Assembly (NCBI GenBank): GCA_943704415.1
Contig: CALSCO010000911.1
Coordinates: forward strand, 1-36,188
Length of the DNA: 36,188 nt
Direction of reading: 5' to 3'
From: Parvularia atlantis
Taxonomy: Eukaryota
Notes under the pieces: generated by a model
What the model saw: only the letters and a program-made list of their open reading frames with translations
Told to the model about the DNA's origin: nothing
Databases searched by the model: none
Part shown: one piece after another, positions 34,153-36,188 of the stretch
How the letters are laid out: each line of letters starts with the position of its first letter
Position numbering within the stretch: the stretch's first letter is position 1
Program-made: the position numbers and the translations under genes

Positions 34153-36188
34153 GTCGGGGCACGCACCGGCGCGGTGTGTCTCGGGTGCGTCAGACGGCGG
34201 GCCGATGAAGACCATGGACGGGTGCGAGAGCACGACGCGCGCGTTGGTCAGCGCCGACTTGCCCAGGTTGGTCAGCTTGACGGTCGCGGCGAAGACCTCG
34301 CCCGATAGCAGGGCCGGGGGTGCGCTCGGGTCGATCGAGACGCTGAGGCGCGGCATCGGGCGCGTGATGATGAGCGAGAGCGTGGGGTCGACCGGTGCAG
34401 CGGCCGCGCCGTCCGCGGCGACGTGGTCAAGAGCGGCCACAAAGGCCTGCCGGGCGCGGATGACGCCGCTGAGCAGGTACGAAAGGCCGCGCAGGTGCAG
34501 CGTTCCCTCGGTCGTGGGCGTGAGCGTGAACAGGACCTTGGCGCGGGCGTTGGCGAGGTGCGGGCGTAGGCGCGGGCACACGCACCTGCGTCGTCTCGCA
34601 AGGGCCGATGACGACCTGCTCGAGCGCGTCCACGCGGAAAGCATCGGGGCCGGAAGAGCCGACAAATGCGGGCGCCTCCTTGATCGTCACGCTCTCGCGC
34701 TCGCTGACCGGGTCGCGCGCGACGACGACCGTGTGCTGCACGTACTGACACTCGAGGCGCACCTGCTGCAGGATCAGCGGCACTTGAAGCGGGTTGGCGA
34801 GGTCTACGGCGACCACGAGCGGCTCTGCGAGCGGCGCGGGGGGGGGGGGGCTCAGGTTTTGCGCCGCTGGCGACCCGGGGCCCGGGCGCACCGCCAAGGA
34901 CGCACAGCGGCCGGCCGCCTTTGGCCGCGGCAGGGGCGGCGGCGGCGGCGGCGGCGGTGCTGGCGCCCGTCGATCCGCCCAGCTGCTCAAACATGCGCGT
35001 CCAAATGTGCTCGTCGCCCAGGCCGGCACCGGCACCCTTGCCGCTGGTGGACACGAGCATGCCGCCGGGCGAGAGTAGCGACGGGGCCGTGCCAGTCACG
35101 CCCACGGCGGTCACGGTCGCGTCGAGGAAGAGCCTGACGCGGCTGCGGTCGACGCGCGGGATGCCGACCGCGAGCCAGACCGAGCCGTCGTCCTCGACCG
35201 TGAACGACTCTGGCCCCGTGATGCGGCGTGATAGCTGGCCCGTGTCCGGCCCGAGGTCGCCCCAGGACAGCCGGCCCCTGGTCGGGGCGGCCGCGCCGTC
35301 GGCCAGCTTCTGCTGCACCTGGCTGAGGTAGTTCTGCGCAAGGGACGGCGGCGCTGACCTTAGCTCCGCGGCGACACGAGGCGGGCCGCGTTGCGGACCT
35401 GGTAGATGAAGATGAACTCGCGCACGTACGACCGGTGCTGCACGGCCGACTGCCGCGACGAGGCGCCGAGCAGGCGGATGAAGAACAGGAGCGCCTGGGC
35501 CACACGGCCAAGGTGGAACGAGTGACGCGCGAGGTGGAAGTGGATGTGCTCCTCGATCAGCAGCCAGTGCTTGGCGTTGTAGAGTGCGAGCGCCTCGCCG
35601 TAGCAGCGGAACGAGTGCTCGCGCTGCGAGTGCTCGCGCGGGGGCGCGGCGGCCGCGGTGACGGCAGAGGCAGACGTGGACGTGGTCACGTTTGGCTGCG
35701 GCGTGAGGGCGGCGTGAGCGCGAGGCGCGTGGGGGGGCTGCGCCCCACCCCGCAACGACGCACCTGGCCGCACTTGTTGAAGCGGTGGCCCGCCAGGATC
35801 AGGTGGAAGGCGTACTTGCGCACCATCGGCGGGCTCACGCGCAGGTACGACAGCGCGGCCTGCTCGAGCAGCAACGCCGAGCGCAGGTCGTCGTCCTGCG
35901 AGAGGGGCGTGCGGCTCAGCTTTCTGCTGGACAGGCGGGCGGGCGCGGTGACCTCTGTGGCGAGGCGCAGGAGGAGCGACGGGATCTCGCGCCAGAAGCC
36001 GCGCAGCTTGTAAAACTCATGGGCGAGGAGCACGCAGCGCGCGCCGAGCGCGTTGAGACGGCAGCGCGTGACGTAGTACGTGATGGCCGAGTCAAACAGG
36101 GTCTCGGCCTCACGCACGCCCTCGGTGACCACGGCGCAGATGCCGAGCATTTCCTGCCCAGGCCCGTCTCAGCCGCGAGCGCGCACCG
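31799..36188 (-). CDS. TRAPPC8: TRAPP III subunit Trs85/TRAPPC8, 5' part outside the window
   Basis: DDLRSALLLEQAA, RKYAFHLILAGHRFNKCGQ, HWLLIEEHIHFHLAR, SRQSAVQHRSYVREF, EPLVVAVDLANPLQVPL, PMPRL..LLSGE, WLGP. Predicted stop TAA 31801-31799. Confidence 0.92.
34079..34148. repeat. (CG)8(TG)27 microsatellite in a TRAPPC8 intron
   Basis: Direct read. It expands intron 34166-34058 to 109 nt. Confidence 0.95.

Overview
Very gene-dense, GC-rich (spot counts about 77% in host-type exons) eukaryotic nuclear DNA with many short spliceosomal introns (mostly about 45-70 nt; GTGCGY donors, CTGAC/CTCAC branch points, YGCAG acceptors). The ORF track is therefore fragmented, and genes were reconstructed by manual splicing. 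Gene content (DH-PH RhoGEF, cytoplasmic dynein LIC, NPRL3, DDRGK1, fungal-like TIM17/NDUFA12/LAP1) suggests an amorphean protist, possibly a fungus-related opisthokont (inference). There are about 19 apparently functional genes: F-box (partial), a PKYGA-ending apgM-like protein, RhoGEF, ROGDI, two DHHC palmitoyltransferases, MUTYH, M28 aminopeptidase, TIM17, a GnT-V/GT18-like transferase, NDUFA12, TRM7/FTSJ1, DDRGK1, a PA-RING E3, MRPL16, a PSD fusion, NPRL3, DYNC1LI and TRAPPC8 (partial). An accessory zone at about 0.9-4.1 kb holds a frameshifted lower-GC restriction-endonuclease-fold (Crinkler/Mrr-like) gene, a 20-bp perfect palindrome and a decayed RecQ-helicase fragment. Most notable are a signal peptide + ectodomain + 4-TM + phosphatidylserine decarboxylase fusion with a predicted luminal/extracellular catalytic domain, head-to-head genes whose start codons are only 9-59 bp apart, several GC-AG introns, and a strikingly bacterial-like nuclear uL16. 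All family calls come from motif recognition, not database searches.
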